NCBI GenBank assembly: GCA_001687465.1
Contig: LVLI01000202.1
Coordinates: forward strand, 1-64,000
DNA from: Halocafeteria seosinensis
Taxonomy: Eukaryota
DNA length: 64,000 nucleotides
Reading direction: 5' to 3'
Part shown: positions 24,398 through 37,012 of the stretch, piece by piece
Position numbering within the stretch: position 1 is the stretch's first letter
Layout of the letters: each line of letters opens with the position of its first letter
Made by a program: the position numbers and the translations under genes
The notes under the pieces: model-generated
What the model was told of the DNA's origin: nothing
The model's database searches: none
What the model saw: only the letters and a program-made list of their open reading frames with translations

Positions 24398-24917
24398 ATT
24401 TGGGGGAGTGTCTGAGTCTGTGGAACCTTTGGAGCGTGTATATATAATACAATAAGCCGTAGAATCTGCCCTCCTCCGAAACAAAGCAAGAAGATCTGGT
24501 TTATTTGCTCATTTCTCTTGGTACCACACTGAATCAATGTACACCACTTTGTTCAGTCAATAAGTACTTCTTCATCCAGCGAAAATTGACCAACAATACT
24601 GGCTGTACAACCAATAATTCAAGGAGACACGGGCCGGGAACTTCAAGGATACAGTCTTCAGCCGAAGTTCAGCGTCCTCCTGCCATGGACAACACCGGAA
24701 GCAGGACCACCATTCCGGCATTGTAAAGAGGCAATGAATGGTACTGGAATAAGTTTGTTTGTATGGTTGTGGCGGTGCGGAGAACTTGTTAATCAGAATA
24801 ACTTCCACGGGTCACCCAATTGGACTACAACGTACGTCCTACCAAGGAGTATTCAACTGAAGAACCGATGCACATTTTTCCGGATACTACACGTTTTGAA
24901 AAGACAAGCTACGCAAT

Positions 24918-27900
24918 CTACTCCGAAGACACACTATTCGCAACTTTGGACAGAACCTCATACGTTTCTCCACTCAGCTTGCCTTCTCCGCTGTTATGAG
25001 AAGCAAGAAGATTGTTGACCTTCTGCACAACGAGATTCTGTTGTTTTGGTGGCAGTCTAGTTACAGAAGAAAAGATCCTAGCTACAGCAGAAGCTACATG
25101 AGGGTTCATCTTGTCCAAGCGCGCGATGCTCTCCCGAATGAACTCGTAACCGCTTCCATCATGGGCGTGGAAACGCGAAATATTTCCCCGAGCAAAACCA
25201 CCAATCAACGAGCGTACTTTGTTGGGGTTCTTCCAATCAAGGAAATCTGGATGCTCTGTTAGTCGCTTCACGTCTTCGAGCGAGCCGTACATTGCTTGAA
25301 TCGAGATCCACCTGACGAGACCACGACAATATTCAGATTTGCAAGCACTTCTCATAATAGTATCCCGTCGGCACTTACTTGTCCACAGCTAAACTTTCGT
25401 GGCAAAATCTGGAATGAAACAAATCAATGCTTTTTTGTCGTTCTTCATGTGTCGAGGGCACCGACATAAGAATGTTGAAAGCAGTTTGAGCTTCAGTCAT
25501 CTGAGGGAATAGCAGAACAGTCGAGTACCAGTCCTGTCTAATACACACGATTGTAAGTTCTCACCACTTACATTTTTGCACTGCTGGAGCATGTAGAAGG
25601 CAGACGTAACCGTGTTGACCTCAGCCTGAGAGACGTCCAAAGATGGCCCTTTCCCCATTGGTGTTTCGCAAAAAGGTGAGTTCATTATATTGAAAACTAC
25701 AGACCGTAAAGTTCTCTTTCCTTGTTCAGTCAAATCCAAAGAATACGGATACTGCCCAGTAAAATCTTCGTCGCCCAGCTGGGCACTGAGTGCTCGGAAA
25801 CAAGCCAACAAATCTTCTTGTAGTTCATGAGCCATATGGCGCCGCATAAGACTCTTTGCTTCTGCTAATGCAACAGGATCCGCTACTCCCTGTGGATTCT
25901 GGGTAGTGGCGTCTCCCACCAAAACAGAGAGCGGTGGAAGTCCAATGATTCGAGCCACAGTCGCCTTATCCGCTCGTTCGTCTTGAAGAAGTTGGCGAGC
26001 TGCCGTCAAAAACTTCTGACAAAACTCACTTAGTTGATCACAACTCTCTCCGTTTGCAAGCTTTTCGAATAGTTCGAGAACAACCTTCGTAGCCAACTTG
26101 TTGCCTGCTTCCCAACGATTGAATGGGTCCGAATCAAACGCCATAAGGAACAATGATTCCATAGTTTCTCGTTCACTTTGCGTTTCTGACTTATCAGAAA
26201 ATACCTTCTCTTCCCCTGCATTATCATTTTGCTGTAAGCGAATCGGAGCCGAAAACCCTCGTAGCAAAGAGGGAACCACAGGACATTTGTTCAATTCAGT
26301 GGCTGGGAGCAGGCGCTCACTCTCAACGCCCCGGTTTGACTTGGCTTTGTTTACGGCCTCACCGAGATTGGTGAACTCAAATGTCTGATGCCGCGTAGTC
26401 AGATGCAAGATAACGTATTGATCTCCCCAATCTTGTGAATTGTTACCGAGGCCCTGCGCGCCAGAGCTGGCTCCCGCAATGCCCTGTCCATACACTGGAT
26501 CCTTCGGATCTGACACCTGGTTTCCGTCTCGAGCTACCGGCTTGAGATCTTTGCCGTCTGGGCCTAACAGACCAAACCGAATTGGAATGTGCAACGGAGG
26601 CTTCTCTTCTTTATTCTCTTCATTCGGAGTAATAGGTACCCGTTGAGATAGATGAAGGGTATAAGTTCCCTTGCTTTCATTCCACTCTCCGCGCCAGTAT
26701 ACTTGCGGTGTGCCTGGGGTGCTGTACCAAAGGCGGAACTGCGCCATAGGCAGCTTCATCCGCTTTTGGGCTTCCTGTTCAATACTCTCTTGGCCTCCAG
26801 CCCACTCGTTTGCTTTCCCAAAGTTTGTTTTAAAATTGTTAAGCCACTCAGTAGAATCAACTATATTGGTACTCCAAGGTACTCGCTCCCCTGCGTGCTC
26901 CACCAAAGCATCCTCCAAAGCCGTTACCCAATCCTCGCAAGTAACTGCCGAGCCATCATGGCGATTAAAGTATAGCTCTGCTGCTTTTCTAAAAGCGGCA
27001 GGGCCCAACAGTGTAGCAGACATTCGGATAACTTCTGAGCCCTTTTCGTAAACGGTTGCAGTGTAAAGGTTGTTCATCCCAAGAACTTTATCAGGCCGAA
27101 CAGGATGAGCCATTGAACCTTGGTCTTCGGTAAACTGGGATGCACGCAAGCCGATAGTCTTTTCAATACGGCGCAGTGCACGCGAGAGACGGTCGGAGGA
27201 AAATTCTTCTTCGCGGAAAACTGTCAGCCCCTCTTTCAAGGTAAGCTGCAGCCAGTCCCGCAGAGTCACTCTATTGCCGGACCAGTTATGAAAGTACTCA
27301 TGGCCAACAACAGCCAAGATTGTATTGAAGTCGTCATCCGTTGCAACCATTTTGTCTGCCAAGATGAATTTTGTGTTGAAGATGTTCAAAGACTTGTTTT
27401 CCATGGCACCTGTAAAGGGTCATTTTGAAGCAAAACAATAGAGGCGTTGCTGACTTTTTAACTGTGTATGACCGCACACCTACCAGAATTGAAGTCATCA
27501 ATAGCCACGAGATTGAACACGTTTGAATCATATTCACGGTCATAAGCAATTTCGTCCCATTGAATAGCCATTTTCACACTCTTCATTGCATGATAACATT
27601 TGTCGATGTCTTTCTTGTCCGCAAAGACACGGATTTCAACATTGCGCCCACTCTTAGTTGTTAGGGTCTCACTGATATGACTTTTATCTGTCGCAACTAG
27701 AGCGAAAAGGTAAGATGGTTTGTAGAACGGGTCCTCCCAGCGAACCCAGTGTTTCCCATTTCCAACCTCTCCTTGTTCAACAAGATTCCCATTCGACAGC
27801 AGGACGGGGTACTTTTCTTTATCTGCCTCCATGTAGACCGTATACTTCGAAGTCACGTCGGGTCGATCAACGTGATAAACGAATTTCCGCATCCCTTCGG

Positions 27901-28622
27901 CTTCCATTTGAGTGCAAAACGTATTCCCACTCTTGTAGAGTCCTTCAAGTGTGGTGTTCTCCGCCGGATTCTCTTCCACGTTTATTTGCACCTGAGCCTC
28001 TTGAGTGGAATCTGAAAGGCCCAGGACATCTGCAGGAATCGTAAGTTTCTTTTGCTCCTCGTCTTTCTGCGGTAATAAAGAGAATGAAGCAATCAGTTGA
28101 GTCTGATCTAAAACAGTCAGGCGTACCTGAAATTGAGACTCTGAAAGCACGTTCCCATTGACCTGGATGGACTTCAACTCAAACAGCGAGGAGCCATCCA
28201 ACACAAGGGGATGAGGCGCGTCTTTCGAAAACGCTCTCTGAGGATTGCGTTTGACGGAAAGCGTGTTCTGCACACGTGTAACGGGGGTATCCAGCCATAC
28301 TTTCAGCTCCACCTGCAAGCTCACATATCGCTCAGGATATGGTTGTGATTAAAAGTCTTGGTCTGAGAGGAGATCTTACATCAGGCACCAAGTACGCCGG
28401 AGGCGTGTAATCACTTCGATCCATAGACATTTTATGAAATTCGTTCGGCGAGTTGTAGTGAAAATGACGAGTTCCAGGAGCAATGCAAGGGGTGCTAGTC
28501 CTCGAAAATGACAAACACGGGTAAGATATGCTTCGTAAGGGAAGAAACCGGGAGGTTGTGGGTTTGGATACAAGTCCACGCAGTGGCTTACAAGAGGCAG
28601 TGAATCCTCTTCGTATCAACAT
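24918..28622 (-). CDS. pepN: Aminopeptidase N (M1 family, bacterial PepN type), probable organellar targeting peptide, multi-exon
   Basis: FCTQMEAEG, WEDPFYKPSYLFALVA, GAMEN (split by an intron), HEYFHNW...LKEG zinc motif, YEKGSEVIRM and C-terminal NPNKVRSLIG. The N-terminus is R/S-rich. Confidence 0.95.
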
Positions 28623-28921
28623 GGAAGGAGAAGAACCAATCAGCTACCCTACAGGTAACAATTACTTTTGACGTCTGTTACACAAGGGACTAATCACAAC
28701 AGGAAGGCTTCTTCATCACTGTTCGAGTCGAAGCCGCAAGGGTTAAGCGAGCAATCTTTTCTTGACCTCATAACTTCAACTTGAAGACAGCTTGAAAGGT
28801 GTTCCTTCTCCTTTTCATTCATCGTATTAACTAGGTGTCGCCCGTGGAATTGTGGAGATGAGGATGGTCGTATAAGGCGAGGAATACGTTGGTATTGCAG
28901 CACTGGCTTGTATCGTAGCGT

Positions 28922-31900
28922 ATGGAAGCGGTACGGCCTGAAAGTCGAAGTAGAAGTCAAGAGACTCCTACGACTTGCGGCAAGGTTGCTACGGTTTCTC
29001 ATAGCGTTAAACACGACACTACGCGTTCCAATGAAGGAAATACGACAATCGAACACGGTCGTCCGCCTCCCACACCTCCTGTGTATATCCATGATGGATA
29101 CTTTGGCAACGATACTGAGCTAAAGGAATCGTTCTCCTCCGGCTCGAACAAAATGAACGGCAACCAGACCTCTTTGAATGGCTCCAAAACGGCAACTGCA
29201 GGCGCCTCAAGCACAGCCAAGCCCACAAATGATGGAGAAATCCGGACGAAGCGGTCATCGGCTTACAGGAAAAATGATGTGAATTCACTAACAGGGAGTA
29301 CGGACCAACTGTCACTTGACAACCAACCGCGTCAGTCTTCGCGCGAGAGCACGGGAAACTCTTCAAATACTCAGCATAGTCCCCTATTTCATAGCCGTCA
29401 AGGTCGCTCACGAAGTGGCGCTTTTAGCGAAGCTTCTGATGACGGGAGGAGAGTCCGTTCAGCTATACAGCAAGGGAAGGTCACCGAGGCGTTGGGGATC
29501 CTGCAGAGCAATCCAGTGATACTTAGCTTACCAGATATGAATCCTCTTCACGATATACTACCCTTGATATTACACTCCTTGGCGGAAAGTTATGATAGTT
29601 ATGGAATCCAGGGAAATGAAGGCGTTTACTTTGATTTCTATCGCTACTTGCACAAGTGTATGACACGAGAAGAGAAGGCATCTACTCAGACGCTGGCAAC
29701 GATGTTCTATGCGGCCTGCAAGTTTAACCAAACCGATTTTGCTGACTGGATCCTCGTCGAAATATCTTCCAAGACTCAATTGAGTATCGACCGTCTGGCA
29801 GTGGATAGGTCGTACCGGTATAATCGTCTTCGGCACTGTGGATTGCACTATGTGGCTCGCAACGGAAACGTTAGGCTTCTCCAACACCTTAGCAAGTACT
29901 GCTCTGCGTCGCCGTTGCTGTTGGAATCTTCGTTATTAATGCAGTTTCCTCAGGGTCAAGAAGGAATGGAGCTCTCGTCGCTGTATATTGCTGCATCTCA
30001 GCGTCACAAGGGATTTGTCAGACACGCCATAGAAAGCCANCGCCACAAGTTCGACGATGAAGGGATGACTGCAGAATCTACAACGGCAGTGCAGAACTCA
30101 TCTTCGACAGGCTCCTCTGATAATAGGCTACGAGTTCCCGCCGGCCTGCGGCAGCTGGTGATGTGCTTAATGATACATGGGCTTGTTGCCTTAGATGACG
30201 TACCCACCGCTGAGTGGATTCGAAGGGAATGCATGTCTCTTGATCCCATTGTTTTGACTCTCCCTATGGCTACTTCGGCGGATGGACAGGGAAACTTGCG
30301 TTTCCCGCCTTCGATGGATAGGTCTACTGATGGACAAGCAGCAGCGCCTTTGTCACTACCGAAGGAAAAGAACGGGGAAAAGAGCCCCGAAAACTCTGAG
30401 TCTCAACAAAAACTCTCAGACGATAGGAAGTATATCCTGGGACGTAAGAGTCAGAACGTCCCGAGTGCCCAAAGCACGAACGAGGCAACGAACTGTTTGG
30501 CGCTACATTTGTGTTTATACCGTCTTCCCCCTTCCCCGCACCAAGCGAAGAGTGTTCCTTCGGCAGCCACTGCAGCTGGTATTTCTCTTAACCCCTCTGG
30601 CGGCCCTGAAGATGTGGTTCCTCGGCGGAGTGCGGTTGAACGCCTAAGAGAATATACCGCAGAATTTCGGCAGGAATTCCGTGGAGAAAAATCTCAGCAA
30701 AAAAGAAACGACCAGCAGCAGGAGAGTGACAATGCTGCCGTAAACTCTATCTTGCATCAACATATATACAATTATAGTGATCAAGGTCGTCCTGCTGCAC
30801 CTCACCCTGCGTTAAACATGTTTGGTTGGCTGCTGAACCATTTCCCCTGGTTGGCCAGCCGGCCGTTCTGTATTATGACTGGAGAAGCAAGCCAAAAGCG
30901 TTTAGAGTGGAGGAATGCGTTCCACAGTGCGTGCAGTGTAGGCTGTCGTTCTGCCGCGGAACAACTCCTTGATGTTGATCCTGAACTGTTACACACATAT
31001 TCGTACAGTGTACAGTTAGGAACTTGCTCGAAACTTCAAGATCCCTCTACGTGCTCTGATGATGTGATCGAGTTCCACCCACTGTTTATCACTATTGGAC
31101 ACTGCAGACTAACTGGGCAGTTCGACTTCCTCAGATGGTTGTTAAGTCACTATGAAGAGCAAACGATCGACCGCGAAGTTTACGAAGCATGTCAGGGCCT
31201 GCATGTAATGGTTCCTGATTTTGTTAAGGATGTATGTAAGAATACCGGACTAAGCTTGAGAAGGATGATGGGTATGCCTTCGCGATCCAAAGTATCCAGT
31301 GGTCGGTGGTCTTCCCAAAATACCAGTCGTTTAAGCAGTCAGAGTCGCACCGAGAGTATGGAAGGTGGGTCCAATATCAAAGGTACATCGTTTAACAGTA
31401 ATCGCTCCAGAAGTGAGACGGATAGCACATCTGAGACACCGATTGCATCACCGCAGCAGTATGGAGCTTCACGAGGCATTTCATTGGATAACAATTTTCA
31501 CTTAGATTCTTTTGGTGCCGACGATGCATCTGATGCGTTTCCGGATGACAGTTCCCATACATCGGATCATCAAACAAGACCTGCAAAAAACAAGAAGAAT
31601 ACGTCTGAGAAAGGAAAGAGAAGAGGTAACGAGAAGAATAGAAAGAAAGAAAGGGGGCGGAGAAGGAAAACCAAAGGTGCGCGTGATACGGACGTGGACG
31701 AGAGTGACACACCGTCTCACCAACGGTCTCGAGGGGATACCTCACAGAGCGCTGACGCTCTGCTGATGAGCCATCAGGATGACGAGACAGATGTAGACAG
31801 GTCCAGGTGTCTACTGAAGCACAGTGGCGGAAGCAATGTAAATGATATGAGCCGGATTCCAAGCTATGAATCAAACATATCTGAAGCGGAAGCCCAGCAT

Positions 31901-33802
31901 ATGCGCGCATTTGCCCTTCATGAGGACACAGCCAGGTTAGACAAGCGTGGCCCGAGTGCTCTCAGCACAATTCACTCGGTTTCTCCCTCCTTCGGAGCTC
32001 AAGACTCTCCTGTTGGTGTTGAAGATGATCCCAAGAATTCCGCACCAGATTGTACCAATGTATCTTCTACATCATTTTCGCTGGATAATGAGCAACGTGA
32101 GAAAGAGGAATATAGCACTGCTGCGATGAACTCAGACGCTCCCTTTGCCGCATCAGTTCAACCTGACATTCCTTCCACTGCATCCCTAACGCGGTCGTCA
32201 CAGAAGTCAGTAGACATTCCAGGTGCCCAGACCTGCGCCTCAGCTTCCACAAAGTCTCATACTGAGGAAACTCAAAGGAGTGCTAGCGTCCGTGTACTAG
32301 AGGAGGATAATCATAGCGAATGCTCCTCAGAGGAGGGAGAAGATATACGGATTAGGAACATATCTTTCAATGACGCGGACATCCTCTACCTGGGCTCAGG
32401 TGGTCTGGAGATTTTCCGCGGGTGCTGTGGGAGGCGGGCAGCAGCTATAAAGCGAGTGCGACGGCGCCTGTTCCCTAATGCATTGCGAGAAAAGATTGTC
32501 AATATTATGTTGACACTGTCAGAGGACTCCGATGAAGGCAGTGGGCGGTACATTTTGAGGTATTTCGATGATACAACGGATAAAAAGTATTGGTATTTGG
32601 CGACCGAACTATGCGAAAATAGCCTCGACAGAGCAATCGAGCAAGGGTGTGATCAGACTCGTGCTCACTTTACCACACGCTTTCCGAACAATGAATCGTC
32701 CACGTGGGTAACATTGCGTTCATTGCAGAGTATGCCTGTTGACTTTTGTAGGCAGCTCTTAAAAGCAGCGGATCACATACACAGTAAGGGGTTTGTTCAC
32801 GGCTTCATTAGCCCGAAGAGTGTTTTGTTGAAGAAAGGTACTGTTAAGCTTAGCGGCTTTGGAACATCTCTCTTCTTTAAACACGAGAAATTACCGGACA
32901 ACGTTAACCAAGAGTGGCTGGCACCAGAGGTTATGGGAAGTAAGACCAGGAGCGGACATACGGAGTGGAGTCAAGCGGTTGATTCGTTTTCTGTAGGATG
33001 CATAATTTTTTACATACTTTCAGGGGGAAAGCATCCTTTCGGAACTCCCAATGAAAGATTATACAACATGCTACAGGTGGGAAAGCCACCATACTCTAAT
33101 CTCCGGAAATCCTGGTGGGAGAGCTTGCCCGAGTTCTCTACGGAGGCTGCTTCTTATGCAAGCGTATCCTACGCTCCAGCATCCACAGCATGTAGAGAAA
33201 TTCCGTGGCAATACTACTACGGGGGGATCCATTTGGTCCGCGAACTAATACAGCAAAATCCGAAGAACAGACTCTCAGTTCATGCGGCTTTATCTCACCC
33301 AATGTTCTGGACAACTCGTCAGCAGATTGAAACAATTGCTGCTTTCAGTGACGTCGCTAAACAGTTATACGGAATGCTTCCTATTTGGGAGAGCTCAAAA
33401 GCCATCGAGAGACTAGAAAAAGCCTTTCGCCATTTCGAGGGAAGCTCTGAAGAAAAGCTAAATTGGGTCAATAAGCTGCGCGTAGATGATGAGCGCGCGC
33501 ACCGACAATGGGAAGTAATTTCCAGTTCTTCGTCAGAGTGGAAGTCTCCGCAAGAGTACTTCAAAATGTATACAGCCAAAGAAAGGCAACTTCACGCTGT
33601 GGGCCTGTGTCGAGCTATCCGAAACATAGCTTACGCTCATACTATCGAATACGTTTCTGCCGGATTGTTCGCATCCGTGGAGCAAGTCCATACATACTTC
33701 CTTGGAAATTTTCCCTGGCTAATGGTGGAAATCTACGATATAGTTACAAGTGGCATAGACCCTCAACTGTCACAAGAACTACGGGGACTTTTGCCGACTT
33801 AA
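28922..33802 (+). CDS. Ankyrin-like repeats plus IRE1/RNase L-type pseudokinase plus KEN ribonuclease-like domain
   Basis: 1626-aa intronless ORF. Ankyrin-like segments: GLHYVARNGNVRLLQHL, SLYIAASQRHKGFVRH, NAFHSACSVGCRSAAEQLL. Kinase fold: LGSGG..IFRG..GRRAAAIKR, ILRYF..YLATELCENSL, WLAPE, VDSFSVGCIIFYILSGGKHPFG, ALSHPMFW. KEN-like: LCRAIRNIAYAH...YFLGNFPWLMVEIY. Confidence 0.85.
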   Translation: MEAVRPESRSRSQETPTTCGKVATVSHSVKHDTTRSNEGNTTIEHGRPPPTPPVYIHDGYFGNDTELKESFSSGSNKMNGNQTSLNGSKTATAGASSTAKPTNDGEIRTKRSSAYRKNDVNSLTGSTDQLSLDNQPRQSSRESTGNSSNTQHSPLFHSRQGRSRSGAFSEASDDGRRVRSAIQQGKVTEALGILQSNPVILSLPDMNPLHDILPLILHSLAESYDSYGIQGNEGVYFDFYRYLHKCMTREEKASTQTLATMFYAACKFNQTDFADWILVEISSKTQLSIDRLAVDRSYRYNRLRHCGLHYVARNGNVRLLQHLSKYCSASPLLLESSLLMQFPQGQEGMELSSLYIAASQRHKGFVRHAIESXRHKFDDEGMTAESTTAVQNSSSTGSSDNRLRVPAGLRQLVMCLMIHGLVALDDVPTAEWIRRECMSLDPIVLTLPMATSADGQGNLRFPPSMDRSTDGQAAAPLSLPKEKNGEKSPENSESQQKLSDDRKYILGRKSQNVPSAQSTNEATNCLALHLCLYRLPPSPHQAKSVPSAATAAGISLNPSGGPEDVVPRRSAVERLREYTAEFRQEFRGEKSQQKRNDQQQESDNAAVNSILHQHIYNYSDQGRPAAPHPALNMFGWLLNHFPWLASRPFCIMTGEASQKRLEWRNAFHSACSVGCRSAAEQLLDVDPELLHTYSYSVQLGTCSKLQDPSTCSDDVIEFHPLFITIGHCRLTGQFDFLRWLLSHYEEQTIDREVYEACQGLHVMVPDFVKDVCKNTGLSLRRMMGMPSRSKVSSGRWSSQNTSRLSSQSRTESMEGGSNIKGTSFNSNRSRSETDSTSETPIASPQQYGASRGISLDNNFHLDSFGADDASDAFPDDSSHTSDHQTRPAKNKKNTSEKGKRRGNEKNRKKERGRRRKTKGARDTDVDESDTPSHQRSRGDTSQSADALLMSHQDDETDVDRSRCLLKHSGGSNVNDMSRIPSYESNISEAEAQHMRAFALHEDTARLDKRGPSALSTIHSVSPSFGAQDSPVGVEDDPKNSAPDCTNVSSTSFSLDNEQREKEEYSTAAMNSDAPFAASVQPDIPSTASLTRSSQKSVDIPGAQTCASASTKSHTEETQRSASVRVLEEDNHSECSSEEGEDIRIRNISFNDADILYLGSGGLEIFRGCCGRRAAAIKRVRRRLFPNALREKIVNIMLTLSEDSDEGSGRYILRYFDDTTDKKYWYLATELCENSLDRAIEQGCDQTRAHFTTRFPNNESSTWVTLRSLQSMPVDFCRQLLKAADHIHSKGFVHGFISPKSVLLKKGTVKLSGFGTSLFFKHEKLPDNVNQEWLAPEVMGSKTRSGHTEWSQAVDSFSVGCIIFYILSGGKHPFGTPNERLYNMLQVGKPPYSNLRKSWWESLPEFSTEAASYASVSYAPASTACREIPWQYYYGGIHLVRELIQQNPKNRLSVHAALSHPMFWTTRQQIETIAAFSDVAKQLYGMLPIWESSKAIERLEKAFRHFEGSSEEKLNWVNKLRVDDERAHRQWEVISSSSSEWKSPQEYFKMYTAKERQLHAVGLCRAIRNIAYAHTIEYVSAGLFASVEQVHTYFLGNFPWLMVEIYDIVTSGIDPQLSQELRGLLPT

Positions 33803-33862
33803 GTACACCAAAATAAACGTACCCAAGTATCCGCAGCCCTACCTCAAGTTTACGATTCCCAC

Positions 33863-35460
33863 TCATACAGCACTGTCTTGTCGACCTGTTTCCTCATCGC
33901 TTCCATCTTCATGCTGTTCAACTAGCCTAGGGCGATGCGTCCGAGGGACGCCTCGCGGGCGTCTAGGTGAAGGGGGTCGTGCCTTTCTCGGACCAACGTA
34001 CGAGCGCTGTGAGTTTGGAGTCTGCTCTTGCAGTCGCTCGCGCCGAGAGGCATTGTTCTGCGGAGAAACTAGCTCTTCTGTCTGCGGCTTTGGCGTTAGT
34101 GCGGAGCTTCGACGTGGAGCAATTGGCATCGATGTCGGGTGTTCAAAGACAGTGGGCCGTCGTGCAGTCGAGAACGGCGTATACGACCGTGCTCTTCCCG
34201 TTCCGTCTGAGACCTGCTCTGTGCCGGGTACAGGCAGTTGTGCGGATGAATCCCCACCTGGTTGATATCTAAGATGGGTCGGTCCTTCCACTATCGAGGG
34301 GGTCTTAGGATGTTCAGGGATAAAGTAGTCTCCCAACGACCGTATAAAGTGTGAATCCCATTCTTTGAGCATTTTAAAGTTTTGATCTCCAAGATATGCG
34401 CTAATCATCAATGCGAAGTGCAATAAAAACTCTGCTGTGTTTACTAAAAACGGTGCGTCCATCGAGGAAGGGGTAACCAGTAGGGCTACCAAATATAAGG
34501 AAGCTGCTACAGTAAGTGAGGCCCATGGGTTAAAAATTGTGGCTCGTACATCAGTAGAAATGCTGGTACCGTATCTCCAAAATGAAATTCCAGTGTAGAA
34601 GCTTTTGGCAAACAGTATCAGTGGGACAACAAAATCCATCACTGAGCTGAACGTCACATCGTCTTGGCGATCCCCTGACCCAGGTATCTGTAATTTCTTG
34701 TTGGTAAACCTGCCCTAACAAAAATCAACACTGTAGTGGTAACAACATTACCTCGATCAGTGATAGATATATAACCAACCTGTATGTCTCCGTAAATCGA
34801 TCAACATCCGATATGTGCGTGGCGGACGCTATAATCGAGACAATAGCCAAGAATAAAGCTGTGACCCAAATGCTGTATCTCGATACTTGTGATGCAAATC
34901 CATATTTTTTCCGATGGCCTTGCTGTAGGGGCAGTAACAAGTAACTAGCAATCCTGTCGCTTGGAACTCGTCTTCCAATTGACGCGAACTTACATCAAAC
35001 GTAATGCAGCAGAAGAAATTTGCGCTTCTAGCTTTATGCACTTCATAGTTCAGTTCAAATTGAGTTATAATGAGCATCGGTGCAATAAAGCCTGAAAAAA
35101 TAAGATCGTACACAACTTTGTACGTTCCGCCGAGGGTTCTTCCCTTCATTGACTACGTACTCGCCACCGCAAATCGTATTTGCAGTAATGCTTCGGGGCG
35201 TTCCGGTTCCACCGCGATGGACGCCGCGAGGGTCCCATTTTCCAGAGCCATGAAAAACGCTGTCACAGGCTGCAGCACAAACGGTGAACATCTACAAGCT
35301 GACGCACGTTGGGCGGGCGTTGACGTACCATGAACAAATAGCCCACTTTATTCGAGTAGGGCGACGCCAAGTACCCCGTCACGAACATAGCCACGAGGAA
35401 CAGCGCCATTAGTAACCAGAAGGGCCATGCCGGCCCTGAGAGGTCCTGATGGTCGCTCAT
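33863..35460 (-). CDS. Hypothetical multi-pass membrane protein (about 7 TM) with a disordered C-tail, multi-exon
   Basis: Consecutive hydrophobic exon ORFs (35460 start MSDHQDLSGPAWPFWLLM; 34829-35149; 34725-34940; 33863-34657) with GT-AG boundaries. Confidence 0.7.
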
Positions 35461-36061
35461 GACTGGATTAAACACTTGTACAGATCCCCTCCGACAAGCT
35501 TCTGCGCGCCATATGTGCTGCCGACGGACGCTATTCGTCAGTCCTGTTTGCGCGTCTGACCGAAACAAATGGATATTGTCTACTGCACGCAGTGCTACTA
35601 ATACAATCGGTACATAGCATCTGAACACTCCGTAAGAAATGCCAAACGGCCATCCATCAATGCGACGGCCGGGCGAGTCAACGTGGGCAACAACGACCTC
35701 CCTCGAGATTCTCCTGCTACAGTTGGTAGAAGCAACGCAAAAAAAAAAAAAAAAAGAAGAAGAAGAGTTGCTTGTAAAGTCCAAACAATATATTAGGATC
35801 ATTTAAAAAACAGAAAAGAGCAAGATGCATTTGTATGACTACAGCGGACCCGGGATAAGTGCGCCAGCCTAGACTCGCGAGTCGCGATTTGTGTCCATAC
35901 TGAAAGAGTGGTATAATTCTGAATGAATCATTGCTATTAATACCGGACATTCGCTATCATTCCAACTCCAGGATAGGCATGTCAACCGAACATTTGTTCG
36001 AGAACCTTATCTTTCGTTGGAAGATCCTATATCTAATTCATTCAGGTCATCAAACGCCTAC

Positions 36062-37012
36062 TTATAAGGAACCGACCTGCCATACACGGATGATGTTATC
36101 GGTGTAGCCGGAGAAGAGGGTAGCACCATCGGCTGACCAGCACAAGCAAGTGCAGTAGGGGGTCAATGCCTTCTTGGATCTTTCCTCGAATTCAGGGTCC
36201 AATTCAGCAACGAGAGCCTTGCTCTCCAAATCCCAGATCTTGATGTTCTTGGTGGTAGCAGCGCAAAGCCAGTAACGGTTGGGGGAGAAAACCAAACTGT
36301 GGATTTCAGATGCGGCATCCAACTTGTACAGTTGCTTACCCTCATGGAGATCCCAGAGCATAGCAGTCCCATCACGACCACCGGAAGCACAGAGTGATCC
36401 ATCTGGGGAGATGGTAACGGTGTTCAGATATCCACGATGTCCGACGAGGTCGAATTTCAACTTGCAAGTGCTCAAATCCCACACTTTTACAAGCTTATCC
36501 CATCCACAGGAAACGATGAGCTCGTTGTCCTTGTTGGGGGAGAAGCGCACGCAGGAAACCCAATCAGTATGGCCATCGTCGGAGATTGTGTACTTGCATT
36601 CACCCAAGACGTTCCACAGCTTAATGGTTCTATCACGAGAGCCAGAGACGATCTTGGTGTTGTCAGCGTTGAAAGCCACAGAGAGAACATCCTTGGTGTG
36701 TCCAATGAATCGTTCCGTAGTCGCTCCGTTGTCCAAATCCCACAGACGGAGGGTCGAGTCCCAGCATCCAGAGAGGCAATACGCTCCATCACTAGAGAAC
36801 ACAACGTCCTGGACGAAGTGAGAGTGTCCATGGAGGGATTTCATGGGGAGACCATACTGCTCGGGATCCCGGACGAGTTTCCATACAATGATGGTACGGT
36901 CACGAGAAGCTGAGATAATGGTGTTCACGTCCTGGTCGGTGGTTGAGATGGAGGTCACCCAGTTGGCGTGCCCCTTGAGAGAAGCTTTGAGCGAAATACC
37001 TTCGGAGCCCAT
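36062..37012 (-). CDS. RACK1: Receptor for activated C kinase 1 (WD40 ribosomal protein)
   Basis: [49 protein letters not shown] and [13 protein letters not shown] probable 5'UTR intron lies at 37017-37350. Confidence 0.97.
   Translation of the reverse strand: MGSEGISLKASLKGHANWVTSISTTDQDVNTIISASRDRTIIVWKLVRDPEQYGLPMKSLHGHSHFVQDVVFSSDGAYCLSGCWDSTLRLWDLDNGATTERFIGHTKDVLSVAFNADNTKIVSGSRDRTIKLWNVLGECKYTISDDGHTDWVSCVRFSPNKDNELIVSCGWDKLVKVWDLSTCKLKFDLVGHRGYLNTVTISPDGSLCASGGRDGTAMLWDLHEGKQLYKLDAASEIHSLVFSPNRYWLCAATTKNIKIWDLESKALVAELDPEFEERSKKALTPYCTCLCWSADGATLFSGYTDNIIRVWQVGSL

Noticed and set aside
30040..30040. X residue in the RNase L-like ORF as recoding or a frameshift
   Set aside because: It is a single ambiguous base (n); the frame is preserved.
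35739..35770. A-run plus GAA repeats as a retroposon tail
   Set aside because: No TSD or recognisable element body; a simple low-complexity tract.
36279..36913. Long plus-strand ORFs antisense to RACK1, and similar shadows over RecQ, pepN, MFS and WDR78
   Set aside because: These are antisense shadows of codon-biased genes with no independent motifs.
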